Shown here in pieces: positions 48,241 to 57,052 of a stretch of 64,000 nucleotides of DNA. Source of the stretch: a virus; the IMG/VR virus record IMGVR_UViG_3300038468_000170, positions 32,020-96,019 of that record; one strand, 5' to 3'. How positions within the stretch are numbered: position 1 is the stretch's first letter; each line of letters opens with the position of its first letter. Position numbers and translations under genes: made by a program. A model generated the notes under the pieces. The model saw only the letters and a program-made list of their open reading frames with translations. It searched no databases and was not told where the DNA came from.

Positions 48241-48639
48241 CTACTTTTGTACGCCGTTGGTTCTTTCGATTCCGAGTTCTTCGATACGCTTGCGCGCTTC
48301 TGCGAACCGATGTTGCGAGGAGGACGTGTACCCACCGTGGTCGGCGCACATGTCTCGTCCGATGACTGCGGTTCGCCAACACTGCGGGGCCGTGCACGGA
48401 GGAAGTGAATCGAGTAGTGCACGCACCGCAGCAGTGATCGCAGGGAGCTTTTTGTGGGCTGATTGCTCGGCATCGAGCTTCGGCATGAACGTGATCGCCC
48501 CAGAGAGTCGAAGCACGAGTCGGCACGCGAGGTCGGCGAAGGCGTCTTCGGGGTTATCCACGAGGTACGACTCGGGGGCTTCCCGGATGACGTCTCGGAG
48601 CCCGGCCGCGAGTTCGTCGAGCATTTCGTCGGGGGTCAT
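48241..48639 (-). CDS. Hypothetical protein
   Basis: CT...C......MCADH motif. Confidence 0.55.
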   Translation of the reverse strand: MTPDEMLDELAAGLRDVIREAPESYLVDNPEDAFADLACRLVLRLSGAITFMPKLDAEQSAHKKLPAITAAVRALLDSLPPCTAPQCWRTAVIGRDMCADHGGYTSSSQHRFAEARKRIEELGIERTNGVQK

Positions 48640-48823
48640 CGTACTTCCAGGCCGTCTTCGAGGGCCTGCCCTAGGGCTTCTGTCTCACGCGCTGCCGCAG
48701 AGACGGTTGCTTCTCGGGCAAGAGCGCGAAACTCGATAGCGCTTACGTGGCGGCGCGAGCGGACGGTGAGGGCTTTTGAGGGTTTTCGGGGCATGGGGTT
48801 CCTTTCAGGTGTTTTTGCAGAGA

Positions 48824-49381
48824 CTAAGTGGCCTCCAAGGCTTCGCTACCGACCGCTCGAAGACCCATGGCGACGCAAGATCCGAAGGCGAAGCCGCCGA
48901 GGTGCGCCCCGAATGAAACGTCCCCGCCGGTGCTCGAGATCGCGTGCCAGATTTCGATCCCGATGAAGACGCCAACGAACCCGAGGAGGCGCGGTCGGAG
49001 AACCGCTCCTACGGCGAAGAGGCCGCAGATTGCGCCCGAGGCCCCCACGAGAGGGTCGGTCGCCGCGGGGTTCACTGCGACATGAAGAAGCCCTCCGGCG
49101 GCCCCGGCCGCGAAGTAGACGGCCAGGAAGGGCAGGCTTCCGATGGCGCCCTCGACCAGGGCCCCGAAAAGGACCAAAAAAGCCATGTTTCCAGCGATAT
49201 GAGAAATCCCGGCCGGGTCGTGCAAGAAGAGGCTCGTGAAGAGGGGCTCGAGGCTTCCCGACCGAACGAACCGAGCCGGAACCAACCCCCAGGTGTTGCA
49301 GGCCGTCTGCCCACCGGCCCCGAGCTCGAGAAAATAGGCGATGATGTTCAGCGTCACGATAATGAGGGTTATGGGCCGCAT
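48824..49381 (-). CDS. Rhomboid family intramembrane serine protease
   Basis: TSLFLH...HIAGNM..L..FG...E, GASG catalytic Ser and AHLGG catalytic His. Confidence 0.93.
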   Translation of the reverse strand: MRPITLIIVTLNIIAYFLELGAGGQTACNTWGLVPARFVRSGSLEPLFTSLFLHDPAGISHIAGNMAFLVLFGALVEGAIGSLPFLAVYFAAGAAGGLLHVAVNPAATDPLVGASGAICGLFAVGAVLRPRLLGFVGVFIGIEIWHAISSTGGDVSFGAHLGGFAFGSCVAMGLRAVGSEALEAT

Positions 49382-49440
49382 GTTAGGACAGACGAGAGCC
49401 TAGCACAAGGTATTCAACGGGGACCAGAAAGAAACGATGG

Positions 49441-49468
49441 TTGACTGTGAATACCGGTGGGGTACGAT
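49441..49468 (+). promoter_or_regulatory. Sigma70-type promoter
   Basis: TTGACT-16 bp-TACGAT before the 49483 operon. Confidence 0.5.
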
Positions 49469-49482
49469 GCGTCTGACCCGCC

Positions 49483-49740
49483 ATGGAAACTACGCTGATG
49501 GCTGATTTCTGTCAGAAGACGAACCTGACGGTCGAAGGGATGCGCCGCGACCTCGAAAACATCTCGAGCGAGTGCCGGGCGCAAGCGAAGGCGTCGAGCG
49601 GCGAGGAAGCCCGGCTTCTGGAGGAGATCGCCGTGTGCGCCGGCACGGCGAGGGAGAAACTGCTCGACATGGCGGTCGCGATGACGCGGTACGTAACGTA
49701 TTGCCTCGAGCAAGAGGAGAATTTCCGTGTCGATGACTGA
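49483..49740 (+). CDS. Hypothetical helical protein
   Basis: First gene of a coupled operon. Confidence 0.6.
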   Translation: METTLMADFCQKTNLTVEGMRRDLENISSECRAQAKASSGEEARLLEEIAVCAGTAREKLLDMAVAMTRYVTYCLEQEENFRVDD

Positions 49741-49942
49741 ACATCTTCGCGCCCCGGGTGCCCCCTCCGCCCTCGATCGCGCCCTCAAGAAGAATGCCCC
49801 TCAGGCTTCCGCGAAGAAGGGCTACGACCTCGACGCCGAGGCCATCGCGAAAGTGCTCGTCAGGCACTACGGCGACGAGGCGGAGGCGGTGCTCGACCGA
49901 ACAAGGTTGCTGCTCGACAACGTGCGGAGGACGAAGCGATGA
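49727..49942 (+). CDS. Hypothetical protein
   Basis: GAGGAG RBS. Confidence 0.55.
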   Translation: MSMTEHLRAPGAPSALDRALKKNAPQASAKKGYDLDAEAIAKVLVRHYGDEAEAVLDRTRLLLDNVRRTKR

Positions 49943-49979
49943 TCTTGTGCGCCGAGAAAGTGCGCAGGGCGAGGCAAAA

Positions 49980-50228
49980 ATGACGGCAGCAATCAAAGGC
50001 GGCTGGAAGAAGTGCTACCGAGGTCACGAGGGATACTCGGTCGAACCTCATCTCGACTTCTGCTTCGAGCACGCGCCGCCGGAGTACAAGGCGGCTTGGC
50101 TCAAGCATAACGGAGAGATTCGAGCGAAGGAGCAAGAACTCATCGACTACTTCGGGAAGGAGACTTTCGAGTGGGCGATGAAAAACTTGCGAGGGAGCCT
50201 TCGTTTACCGACGTCGGAAGAGAGGTGA
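49980..50228 (+). CDS. Hypothetical protein
   Basis: GAGG RBS before MTAAIK. Confidence 0.5.
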   Translation: MTAAIKGGWKKCYRGHEGYSVEPHLDFCFEHAPPEYKAAWLKHNGEIRAKEQELIDYFGKETFEWAMKNLRGSLRLPTSEER

Positions 50229-50231
50229 ATC

Positions 50232-50435
50232 ATGTCTTTCGAGATGCGCCTTGTCCTCGCATGCAATTGTAAGTGCTGGCTCTGCGGCCAGAGTTACGAA
50301 CCCGACGAGGTAGACGAACGGCGCATCACCGCGGCCCTCTTCGGGCTCTCGGAGGACTGGTGCCCGGTGTGCATTCAGGCGATGACGTCGAAGCAACATG
50401 CGAAGGCGTGTCGAAAGTTAGGAAGGATCCGATGA
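50232..50435 (+). CDS. Small zinc-finger protein
   Basis: GAGGTG RBS; CWLC...CPVC. Confidence 0.55.
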   Translation: MSFEMRLVLACNCKCWLCGQSYEPDEVDERRITAALFGLSEDWCPVCIQAMTSKQHAKACRKLGRIR

Positions 50436-50644
50436 AGAAGCATGTGATCTACACCATCGAAGGCTCGCACCTCGAGAGCCTCGAAGCCGTCGCTAGACGT
50501 CTCTACACCGGCGACCACATGACCGAGGGCGACATGCGCAACGCCGCGCACACCATCATGGTCGTCATCAAGTACGCCGAAGCGATCGAGGCGTTGCGGG
50601 GGCCAGGAGAGCCGTACGTGCACCTGACCCAGAAAGAAAAGTGA
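50432..50644 (+). CDS. Hypothetical protein
   Basis: ATGA-coupled (MKKHVI). Confidence 0.55.
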   Translation: MKKHVIYTIEGSHLESLEAVARRLYTGDHMTEGDMRNAAHTIMVVIKYAEAIEALRGPGEPYVHLTQKEK

Positions 50645-50904
50645 TGGACGACGACTACAATCAGGTGAAGAACGCAGCGCTTCGCATCGCGACGTTTATT
50701 GATCAGCGTATTCGTCCGGATGGAATCGGTCCGGCAGCTACCGTACTCGCGCTCATCGATGTGATTGTGCGCATCGGAGTAATCACGACGGACAGACCTA
50801 GGTCACATTTGCTTAGAGATCTTGCGGACGCTATTCGGGGCATGGCTGATGACGAAGAAGCGATCGAAAATCAAGAGAAGCTGAGATTGGTTCCGAGAGA
50901 GTAG
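50641..50904 (+). CDS. Hypothetical protein
   Basis: GTGA-coupled. Confidence 0.55.
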   Translation: MMDDDYNQVKNAALRIATFIDQRIRPDGIGPAATVLALIDVIVRIGVITTDRPRSHLLRDLADAIRGMADDEEAIENQEKLRLVPRE

Positions 50905-50948
50905 AATCGGTTGCCTTGAGCCCTCGAATCATGCTCAGCTTGGAACCC

Positions 50949-51470
50949 ATGACCCGTACAGAAATCATCCTTCGCCTCTTGCTCTCGCTCACGCCCTACC
51001 GCGGCGACGTCGCCGAAGATCCGGCGGAACGTACCGCCCGGCTCACCGTCCTCGCCGAGGACATCGCGGATGCGACCCGCGACGACCATGAAGCGGCCCG
51101 TCTCGTAGCGCTCGGTGTCCACGAGACCCACTTCGCGCGGAACGTCCAGACCGGGCATTGCGAACTCATGCCGGCTGGCGAGCGCTGCGACCACGGGCGA
51201 GCCCGGGGCGTGTGGCAGTTCCACGCTCGGGCCTGTCCGACCTCCTACCAGTTCGCCGCCGGCACCCCCGAATCGTGGCGTGCGGAGGCCCTCTGCGCGG
51301 CACGGCTCATGCGTGGGTACGCCGCCGACGGGCGCGAGCTCTCCCTCACCCCAGATCATGCCGCTTTTGCCGGCATGGCCGCGCGCGCCTGGAACTGGCA
51401 AGGTGCCGAGACACGAGTGAAAACCCTCGTCACAATCGAGCGGCAGCTCGCCGCGCTCCGCGGGCAGTAG
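50949..51470 (+). CDS. Lytic transglycosylase/lysozyme-like protein
   Basis: LVALGVHETHF...D.G.ARG.WQ resembles SLT motifs I and II. Confidence 0.55.
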   Translation: MTRTEIILRLLLSLTPYRGDVAEDPAERTARLTVLAEDIADATRDDHEAARLVALGVHETHFARNVQTGHCELMPAGERCDHGRARGVWQFHARACPTSYQFAAGTPESWRAEALCAARLMRGYAADGRELSLTPDHAAFAGMAARAWNWQGAETRVKTLVTIERQLAALRGQ

Positions 51471-51486
51471 TAGACTCCCTCCCGGT

Positions 51487-51768
51487 GTGGACCGGCTGAC
51501 CCTCAACGAGAAAATCGCCCAAGTGCGGGGGATCCTGATCGACGCTCTCGATCAGTTCGATCGTGACCCTCGGCGCGTGCGGCCGTATCTTGCCCAAGCC
51601 GAGCGGATCCTCGGTGAGGTGCTCGACGTCACCCCTGTGCGACCTCCGTCTCGGACGGATATGCGTGCCGCGCGCGACAATGCCGATGCGTTCAGCGCCG
51701 AGAAGGTGCGCGAGATCCTCGAAGCAGGAAAGAAGGGCTCAGGGGAACCCGGCAGTGGTTCCGGTTGA
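51487..51768 (+). CDS. Hypothetical protein
   Basis: Plausible ORF composition. Confidence 0.5.
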   Translation: MDRLTLNEKIAQVRGILIDALDQFDRDPRRVRPYLAQAERILGEVLDVTPVRPPSRTDMRAARDNADAFSAEKVREILEAGKKGSGEPGSGSG

Positions 51769-52026
51769 GGTTTCGGCTTGGCGGGCCTTCCATGCGGCCC
51801 ACACGAGCACGAAGGCTTCGATGCCGAGTGCCCCGGCGATGGCGTTCCTGATGAGGTGCTCGCGTTCGCCACCGATGGCCATGCCAGTGCCGACGAGGAC
51901 GGACCGACCGAGCGTGTGCCCGATGACGCCGACGATGCCGCTCGGATCTCCGGTCATTAGGCGGTAGGCGCTCGTGCCCGACGGTAGTGCGGGGCAGACG
52001 ATCTGTTCGCCGAGGCCGATGTGCAT
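51739..52026 (-). CDS. Small hydrophobic membrane protein
   Basis: MHIGLG start; hydrophobic segments. Confidence 0.55.
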   Translation of the reverse strand: MHIGLGEQIVCPALPSGTSAYRLMTGDPSGIVGVIGHTLGRSVLVGTGMAIGGEREHLIRNAIAGALGIEAFVLVWAAWKARQAETSTGTTAGFP

Positions 52027-52149
52027 GGGGGTTAGCCTAGCCTAGCATGGCGTGCCCGGCCGCCGTCGTCTTCCATACCGTCGACGCCCCGGGCTTCGAG
52101 CGCCGATCTTCCTCGCCGAAGGCTTCGAGGAGTTTGAGGTCGAGGTCGG

Positions 52150-54009
52150 TCAGCGGCGTCGTTTCGCTGACCGCACGGCTTTTGGGCGGCGACGAGGTTT
52201 CATCGATCCGGGAGCCGATTCCAGTTCCCAGTCGTAGAGCGAGTTACCGAACTGCTCGCCCGTAGCCTCGATCGCGAGGTCGTAGAGCGCGCTACCGCCC
52301 TCTGGATCGAATCCGGGGTGGTAGCCTTGCGGCTGCCCGCGCGAGAAGAACTCGCCGGACGGCATGTAAGCTGTCGAGACGTGCGTGACTTTGAACACGA
52401 TGCCCTGCCAGCGGTCGCCGTAGTTCTCAAGGGCGTCCGGAGACATGACGACGCGAGAGCCGACCCGGAAACGTTGTGTGAGTTTGGTTGCCTCCGAAAC
52501 GCGCTTCGACGGCACGAACTCGACCGTGCCACCGTTCCGGTCAGCTTCCTGCCTTGCGTCGCCGTAGCTCTTGAAGGGGCCGCCGAGAGTCCTTCCGCGG
52601 CGGTCGACGGCGATGTAGTCGCGGACGATTCCTTCCTTGATTTTGTACCCACGAGCGGCCCCGACTACTTCGACGACCGTGTATCCGTCGCGTGCGGCGA
52701 GAGATTTCGCTTGTTCGATCGCTCCTGCTTTGTCTCCTGATGGCGCCTGCACTCGATACTGTACCTGATGACGAAGAGACGGCCTTTCGGGCGACGTTAC
52801 CATGAGCGAAATTTGCCACACGTACGTGTGCTGTTCACGTGGAGCCTCCGTGTAGTCGCGGACGTGCTGACTGCGAGAGCGTTCGATGGTTCTACGTTCT
52901 CCCCCAATCGCCTGCGCACTCTCCGGCGGCCTCCTCACGATGACCCGCGACCCCGGCCCCTGCGTGTGCCAGTAGCCGTCTTTCTGCCAGACCTCGGACT
53001 TCTCGTACTGTCCGTCCCGGCGCTTGAAGTAGAGGTGCACCTCGTCGTCGATGCGGAGTACGTGCGTCGCGCCTTCTTGCCGTGCGTGCTCGATGAGGTC
53101 GTCGAGGGTATTGAAATCGGCGACGTGGTGAGCTTCCGAAACCGTTCCGTCCCCGCTCAGTCGGTCCCATTCGTAGGGGCCTCCTGGAATCGAGTCTCGG
53201 TGCCGATTCAGGAACGCTTTGACTGCGGCCTGATCCTCGGTGGACATGCTCCCCCACCATCCCGGAGACCCGAGCCAGATCCATCCTTTCGTGTTTCCTG
53301 CGCGCCACAAATCGCCCGGCTGCTGTCCGGGGCGCATTTCGTAGGGCACGCCGTAGAGCCCCATCGTGTCAGGGGCACGAAATAGAATTTTGATGTTGGC
53401 GAGCTCCCCTGAGATTTCGTCGAGTGACTCGCGTACGCCCGTGCCCTGCGGGTACGGCAGCACCTCGAACGTGTCGTCAGGGTTCAGCTCGCGCCATTTT
53501 CCCGCTTCGATGTCCGCCTTCGTTCTCGACTTGTACCTGGCGGGACTCTTGTCGACGGGGCTCTTCAACGGATCGGGGAGCCACGATTGTCGGGTGTGAT
53601 CCCAGATCCCCCAGGTGCTTACGCTGGGTTCGTGTACGCCGAGATGCTTGCGTAGCGCCTCGTAGTCCTCTGGCGTTTGTTTCTGCGGGCGGCTGCCTGA
53701 GCGCACCGCTTCAGCGTCGGCCAGAAGTCGACGCAGCTCGGCGGTCTTGTGCTCCATCCAACGTCGAGCTTGGCCGCGAGGTGCCGGAGACTGACTTTCG
53801 AAGTCCGCGAGCACTTTTCGGCCTCGCTCGAGGTACTGGTCGGCTTTTTCTGGCGACACCATGCGCCACTCGTGACCCGGAAGCTCGGGCGAGACCCCGG
53901 CGACACCGTCTAGGATGATTCCGACGAGCGCGTTGTGCACGCTGTTGTACTGGCGTTCGTTGAAGTCGGTGCCTTGCCACGGGCGTTGACCGGGTTTGCG
54001 AGCCATCAT
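52150..54009 (-). CDS. Large mosaic multi-module protein with MARKPGQRPWQGTD leader
   Basis: AAGGAGG RBS and ATGA-coupled start at 54009; modules separated by V-x-E/D motifs; basic tail. Confidence 0.75.
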   Translation of the reverse strand: MMARKPGQRPWQGTDFNERQYNSVHNALVGIILDGVAGVSPELPGHEWRMVSPEKADQYLERGRKVLADFESQSPAPRGQARRWMEHKTAELRRLLADAEAVRSGSRPQKQTPEDYEALRKHLGVHEPSVSTWGIWDHTRQSWLPDPLKSPVDKSPARYKSRTKADIEAGKWRELNPDDTFEVLPYPQGTGVRESLDEISGELANIKILFRAPDTMGLYGVPYEMRPGQQPGDLWRAGNTKGWIWLGSPGWWGSMSTEDQAAVKAFLNRHRDSIPGGPYEWDRLSGDGTVSEAHHVADFNTLDDLIEHARQEGATHVLRIDDEVHLYFKRRDGQYEKSEVWQKDGYWHTQGPGSRVIVRRPPESAQAIGGERRTIERSRSQHVRDYTEAPREQHTYVWQISLMVTSPERPSLRHQVQYRVQAPSGDKAGAIEQAKSLAARDGYTVVEVVGAARGYKIKEGIVRDYIAVDRRGRTLGGPFKSYGDARQEADRNGGTVEFVPSKRVSEATKLTQRFRVGSRVVMSPDALENYGDRWQGIVFKVTHVSTAYMPSGEFFSRGQPQGYHPGFDPEGGSALYDLAIEATGEQFGNSLYDWELESAPGSMKPRRRPKAVRSAKRRR

Positions 54010-54018
54010 CGCCTCCTT
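53965..54018 (-). repeat. 54-bp direct repeat, copy 1 (RBS + leader peptide)
   Basis: 52/54 identical to 54450-54503. Confidence 0.9.
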
Positions 54019-54491
54019 CGAAGGCCGCGGGGGCCTCGAGCTTCTAACCTCGGACGCCGCCGGGCTTCTTCGAGACTCGACCAATCCGGCTCGATACCCT
54101 CGGCATCGATCTGCTGCCTGACGTCGCGTTCCATTGCCGCGAACGCGAGCGCCGCCCAGTTGAGCGAGTCGCCTTCCGCCGGCACCGAGCTGAAGTCCTC
54201 CATGTAGGCGTCGTGGTTGTCCGAGCACATGAGCACCTGGAAGTTCGCGTGCGTATAGATGACCCAGTACGAACCGTCGACCGACTCGTGGATCGCTTGT
54301 TCGAAGCCGTCCTGGTCGGTGATCTCGCCGTCCTTCACGCGGTTGACGAGCTCTTCGGCGATGCCTCGCACGTCTTGGTAGTATTCGGCGCGCAAGACGC
54401 GCATCGCGTCGTCATGTTGCTGCTCGGTGATGCGACCGTCGTTGCGGGGGTCGGTGCCTTGCCACGGGCGCTGACCGGGTTTGCGAGCCAT
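54006..54491 (-). CDS. Ocr (T7 gp0.3)-like acidic DNA-mimic protein
   Basis: DQDGFEQAIHESVDGSYWVIYTHANFQVL aligns by eye with Ocr [28 protein letters not shown]; acidic. Confidence 0.6.
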   Translation of the reverse strand: MARKPGQRPWQGTDPRNDGRITEQQHDDAMRVLRAEYYQDVRGIAEELVNRVKDGEITDQDGFEQAIHESVDGSYWVIYTHANFQVLMCSDNHDAYMEDFSSVPAEGDSLNWAALAFAAMERDVRQQIDAEGIEPDWSSLEEARRRPRLEARGPRGLRRRR

Positions 54492-54503
54492 TATCGCCTC
54501 CTT
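54450..54503 (-). repeat. 54-bp direct repeat, copy 2
   Basis: Encodes the RBS and MARKPGQRPWQGTD. Confidence 0.9.
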
Positions 54504-55069
54504 TGTGCCATTGAGCGATGGCGACGAGCTTCTTCGAGGTTCTCTCCAGCCCACTCATCGATCGGCTCGCCGTTCTGAAACAACGTGACGGATTCGCCGG
54601 CCGCTCGACCCGTACCGGACTTCGATTGTTCCTTGTACTCTTTGAACGTGGCGCGGGCCTCGGGGCCTTCGGTGCCGCGGTAGACCGTCCCGATGTTGCC
54701 TACCACGACCTCGAACTCACCCTCGTCTTCGTCGGCGAGAAGCCCACGGATGAGGTCTTCGACGTCATCCTTGCCCTCGATGGCAGTAAGCATCCGACCG
54801 AGCTGGTCGGCCTCTTGCCATCCTAGGTTGAAAGGTTCGTACCCCATGTCTGCCGCCTCGTCGCCGTACGGCAAGCTCGCGAGGATGCGCCACACGAGCG
54901 TGGGGTAGTCGGCGGGGCCGTGGTCGTAGTTCGGGAGCCAGCTCCGTAGTTCGGCGATCATGTCGGCGATCGGAGGACGAGGGACACGCGCCCGAGGCGG
55001 TGGTTCTACTTCACGGCGTGGCTGGACCTTTGGGGCGCTGCGTCGTCTTGCGTTCATGTGTGCCATCAT
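54491..55069 (-). CDS. Hypothetical two-module protein (C-terminal VGNIGTVY domain)
   Basis: AAGGAG RBS; basic N- and C-termini around an acidic core. Confidence 0.7.
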   Translation of the reverse strand: MMAHMNARRRSAPKVQPRREVEPPPRARVPRPPIADMIAELRSWLPNYDHGPADYPTLVWRILASLPYGDEAADMGYEPFNLGWQEADQLGRMLTAIEGKDDVEDLIRGLLADEDEGEFEVVVGNIGTVYRGTEGPEARATFKEYKEQSKSGTGRAAGESVTLFQNGEPIDEWAGENLEEARRHRSMAQRRR

Positions 55070-55494
55070 CGTCTCCTTGTGCTTGCGCGTAAATTCGTTC
55101 TTGTCGGCATGCGGGATTCTTGCGCTGGCATCCGGCGGTGAGATTCTCGTTCATATGGCGCCTCGAAGTAGGCAATCCAGTCGTCGATGTTACGCATTGC
55201 ACTGGCGAGTGGAACGTCTTCGATTTCCATACCGATCAATCGATCGAGGCCGTGACCGTACTCTTGCATGGCAGAGATCCATCGCACCGCCGACACTGCT
55301 CTGACGTCCCAACGCAGATGAAGCACCGAATGCAAACGCCCTTCAGAACTCATGCCGCCGCCAAACAGCTTGTCAGCCTGGCGCATGCCCACCTCCAACG
55401 AGAACGCGCTTCGTGAGTATTCGGGTTGGAGATTGAACCGCCAGTAGTCTCCGGCGGCGGACGTAGGAACAAGCTCGAACACCAGATCCGCCAT
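55066..55494 (-). CDS. Hypothetical protein
   Basis: AAGGAGG RBS; basic tail. Confidence 0.6.
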   Translation of the reverse strand: MADLVFELVPTSAAGDYWRFNLQPEYSRSAFSLEVGMRQADKLFGGGMSSEGRLHSVLHLRWDVRAVSAVRWISAMQEYGHGLDRLIGMEIEDVPLASAMRNIDDWIAYFEAPYERESHRRMPAQESRMPTRTNLRASTRRR

Positions 55495-55535
55495 TGTTCA
55501 TCGCCTCCTTCGCGGCGCGCGACGCGCTTCTTCGG

Positions 55536-55880
55536 TCACGGTACTCTCCCTGCATTGTTCACGGTGATGTTGTAGCGCTCGTAGACGCTCGCCTCAGGGT
55601 CCTCATTGTAGTAATCGACGGCATCGGATCCGCCGTACCATTCGGCGCCCTCTTCGCTCCAGATGAGCACGTCGAGGTCCGCCTCGCCGCGCGCTATCGC
55701 CTTGCCGAGCGCGAAGGCGGCGGCCTCGTCGAAGGTCTTGAAGATGCGCTCGTTGCCTTGGAAGTCATCGACCGCATATTCGACGTCGGGGTGCTTCTTT
55801 TCGTCTTCGGCGGTCTCGCTCAGATGATGGGGACGTTCCTTGCGTTGCCTGCGGCTCATTGCTTTTCGAGTTGCCATCAC
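55536..55880 (-). CDS. Acidic hypothetical protein with basic leader
   Basis: GTGA-coupled (MATRKAMSRR). Confidence 0.65.
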   Translation of the reverse strand: MMATRKAMSRRQRKERPHHLSETAEDEKKHPDVEYAVDDFQGNERIFKTFDEAAAFALGKAIARGEADLDVLIWSEEGAEWYGGSDAVDYYNEDPEASVYERYNITVNNAGRVP

Positions 55881-56503
55881 ACCCTCGACTTGATCACGTT
55901 GCCGTCCATGTCGAGTAGATCGACATTTCCGTGATCGTTGACGTAGTAGATGTTGGGATAGAAGTTTTCGCGCTTCATCTCGGCCTCGATGGCCTCGAGC
56001 GCTTCGTCCATGTCCGCGTAGTGCCCGACGTGCTTGTGTTCGTGCCCGACGTCGTAGCCGCCTCGGCGCGCATCCGAGATCACGAAGCCTTCTTGCATTT
56101 CTTCGTCCGAGAAGACGTCGTCCTCGTCCTCGTCTTCGGGCTCTTCGTCCTCTTCGACGTCGGCTTCGATCTTGGCCCAATCTTCTTGAGCCTCTTTCAA
56201 ATCGTCGTACCAAGTCGCTTCGACGATGCCGTCACTGCGCTCGAAGAAAATGATCGCTTTACTCTCGTCGAGCAAGTCTTGCTCTTCGTCGGTGAGCTGA
56301 TCGCGATGTTCTTTCGCGATCTCGTGGACGCGATCTGCGAACGCTTCGTCGATCTCCATGAATCCGTACCAACCGTTTCCTTCTCCGAGGCTCACTTCTT
56401 CGTCGGCGCCACCATCGAGAGTAATCTCGTAGGCGTAGCTGTCGATGATATCGAAGAACTTGCCGGGCCCGTACGAACGAATTCCTTCTTCGGTTGCCAT
56501 CAC
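55877..56503 (-). CDS. Highly acidic protein, DNA-mimic candidate
   Basis: GGAGG RBS; D/E-rich throughout with an EEDEEPEDEDEDD tract. Confidence 0.7.
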   Translation of the reverse strand: MMATEEGIRSYGPGKFFDIIDSYAYEITLDGGADEEVSLGEGNGWYGFMEIDEAFADRVHEIAKEHRDQLTDEEQDLLDESKAIIFFERSDGIVEATWYDDLKEAQEDWAKIEADVEEDEEPEDEDEDDVFSDEEMQEGFVISDARRGGYDVGHEHKHVGHYADMDEALEAIEAEMKRENFYPNIYYVNDHGNVDLLDMDGNVIKSRV

Positions 56504-56886
56504 ATCCTCCACTCTATCCATTCCCGCTCGACCTCGAGCGGTAACTCTGCCGTAGGTACGCCCACCGTCGTGAGCACCTTCCTGAGCACGCCCCACTCAT
56601 GCGCTGCAACTTGTTCGATGTACTCGTCGGCGTCGCTTTCGATCCCCCACGTGCCGCGACTCTCGAGCACCTGGATGGTGTCCTCGATCGCGACCTCGGC
56701 CTCGGCGTGGACGCCGACGAACTGAAATTCTCCGCGCTCGTACGCGGCGAGCCCTTCTTCGTGCAGGTAAGAGGTGTCCGGGTCGAGGTCCGGCTCGCAG
56801 ACCACGCGCACCGATCGGAGCTCGGCGGGTGGCTTGCGCGGGGTGGCCTCGACGACGCGACGGCGCGCTCGTACGGGGTCGGTCAT
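56500..56886 (-). CDS. Acidic hypothetical protein (WGIESD family)
   Basis: First gene of the operon; D.SYL...G.F.FVGV...TWGIESD. Confidence 0.65.
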   Translation of the reverse strand: MTDPVRARRRVVEATPRKPPAELRSVRVVCEPDLDPDTSYLHEEGLAAYERGEFQFVGVHAEAEVAIEDTIQVLESRGTWGIESDADEYIEQVAAHEWGVLRKVLTTVGVPTAELPLEVEREWIEWRM

Positions 56887-56899
56887 TCTTGTGAAGAGT

Positions 56900-56928
56900 A
56901 GTGTCGCGCGGGCGGGCGGGGGTGTCAA
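56900..56928 (-). promoter_or_regulatory. Sigma70-type promoter for the 52-57 kb operon
   Basis: TTGACA-17 bp-GACACT, 13 bp before the ATG at 56886. Confidence 0.45.
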
Positions 56929-57052
56929 GGCCGAAGAAACGCCCTGGGTAGAGGGCTCGGCGAGGGTCCTCGACGGGGGCTTGCATGCCAGCAACGGAAG
57001 GTGTACAGACAGTGAATCCCACGATCCCCGAAGAAAGGAATTTTGATACCCC

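Noticed and set aside
55318-55326. Additional ATGAAGCAC
   Set aside because: It is isolated, antisense within a gene and not at a junction; consistent with chance.
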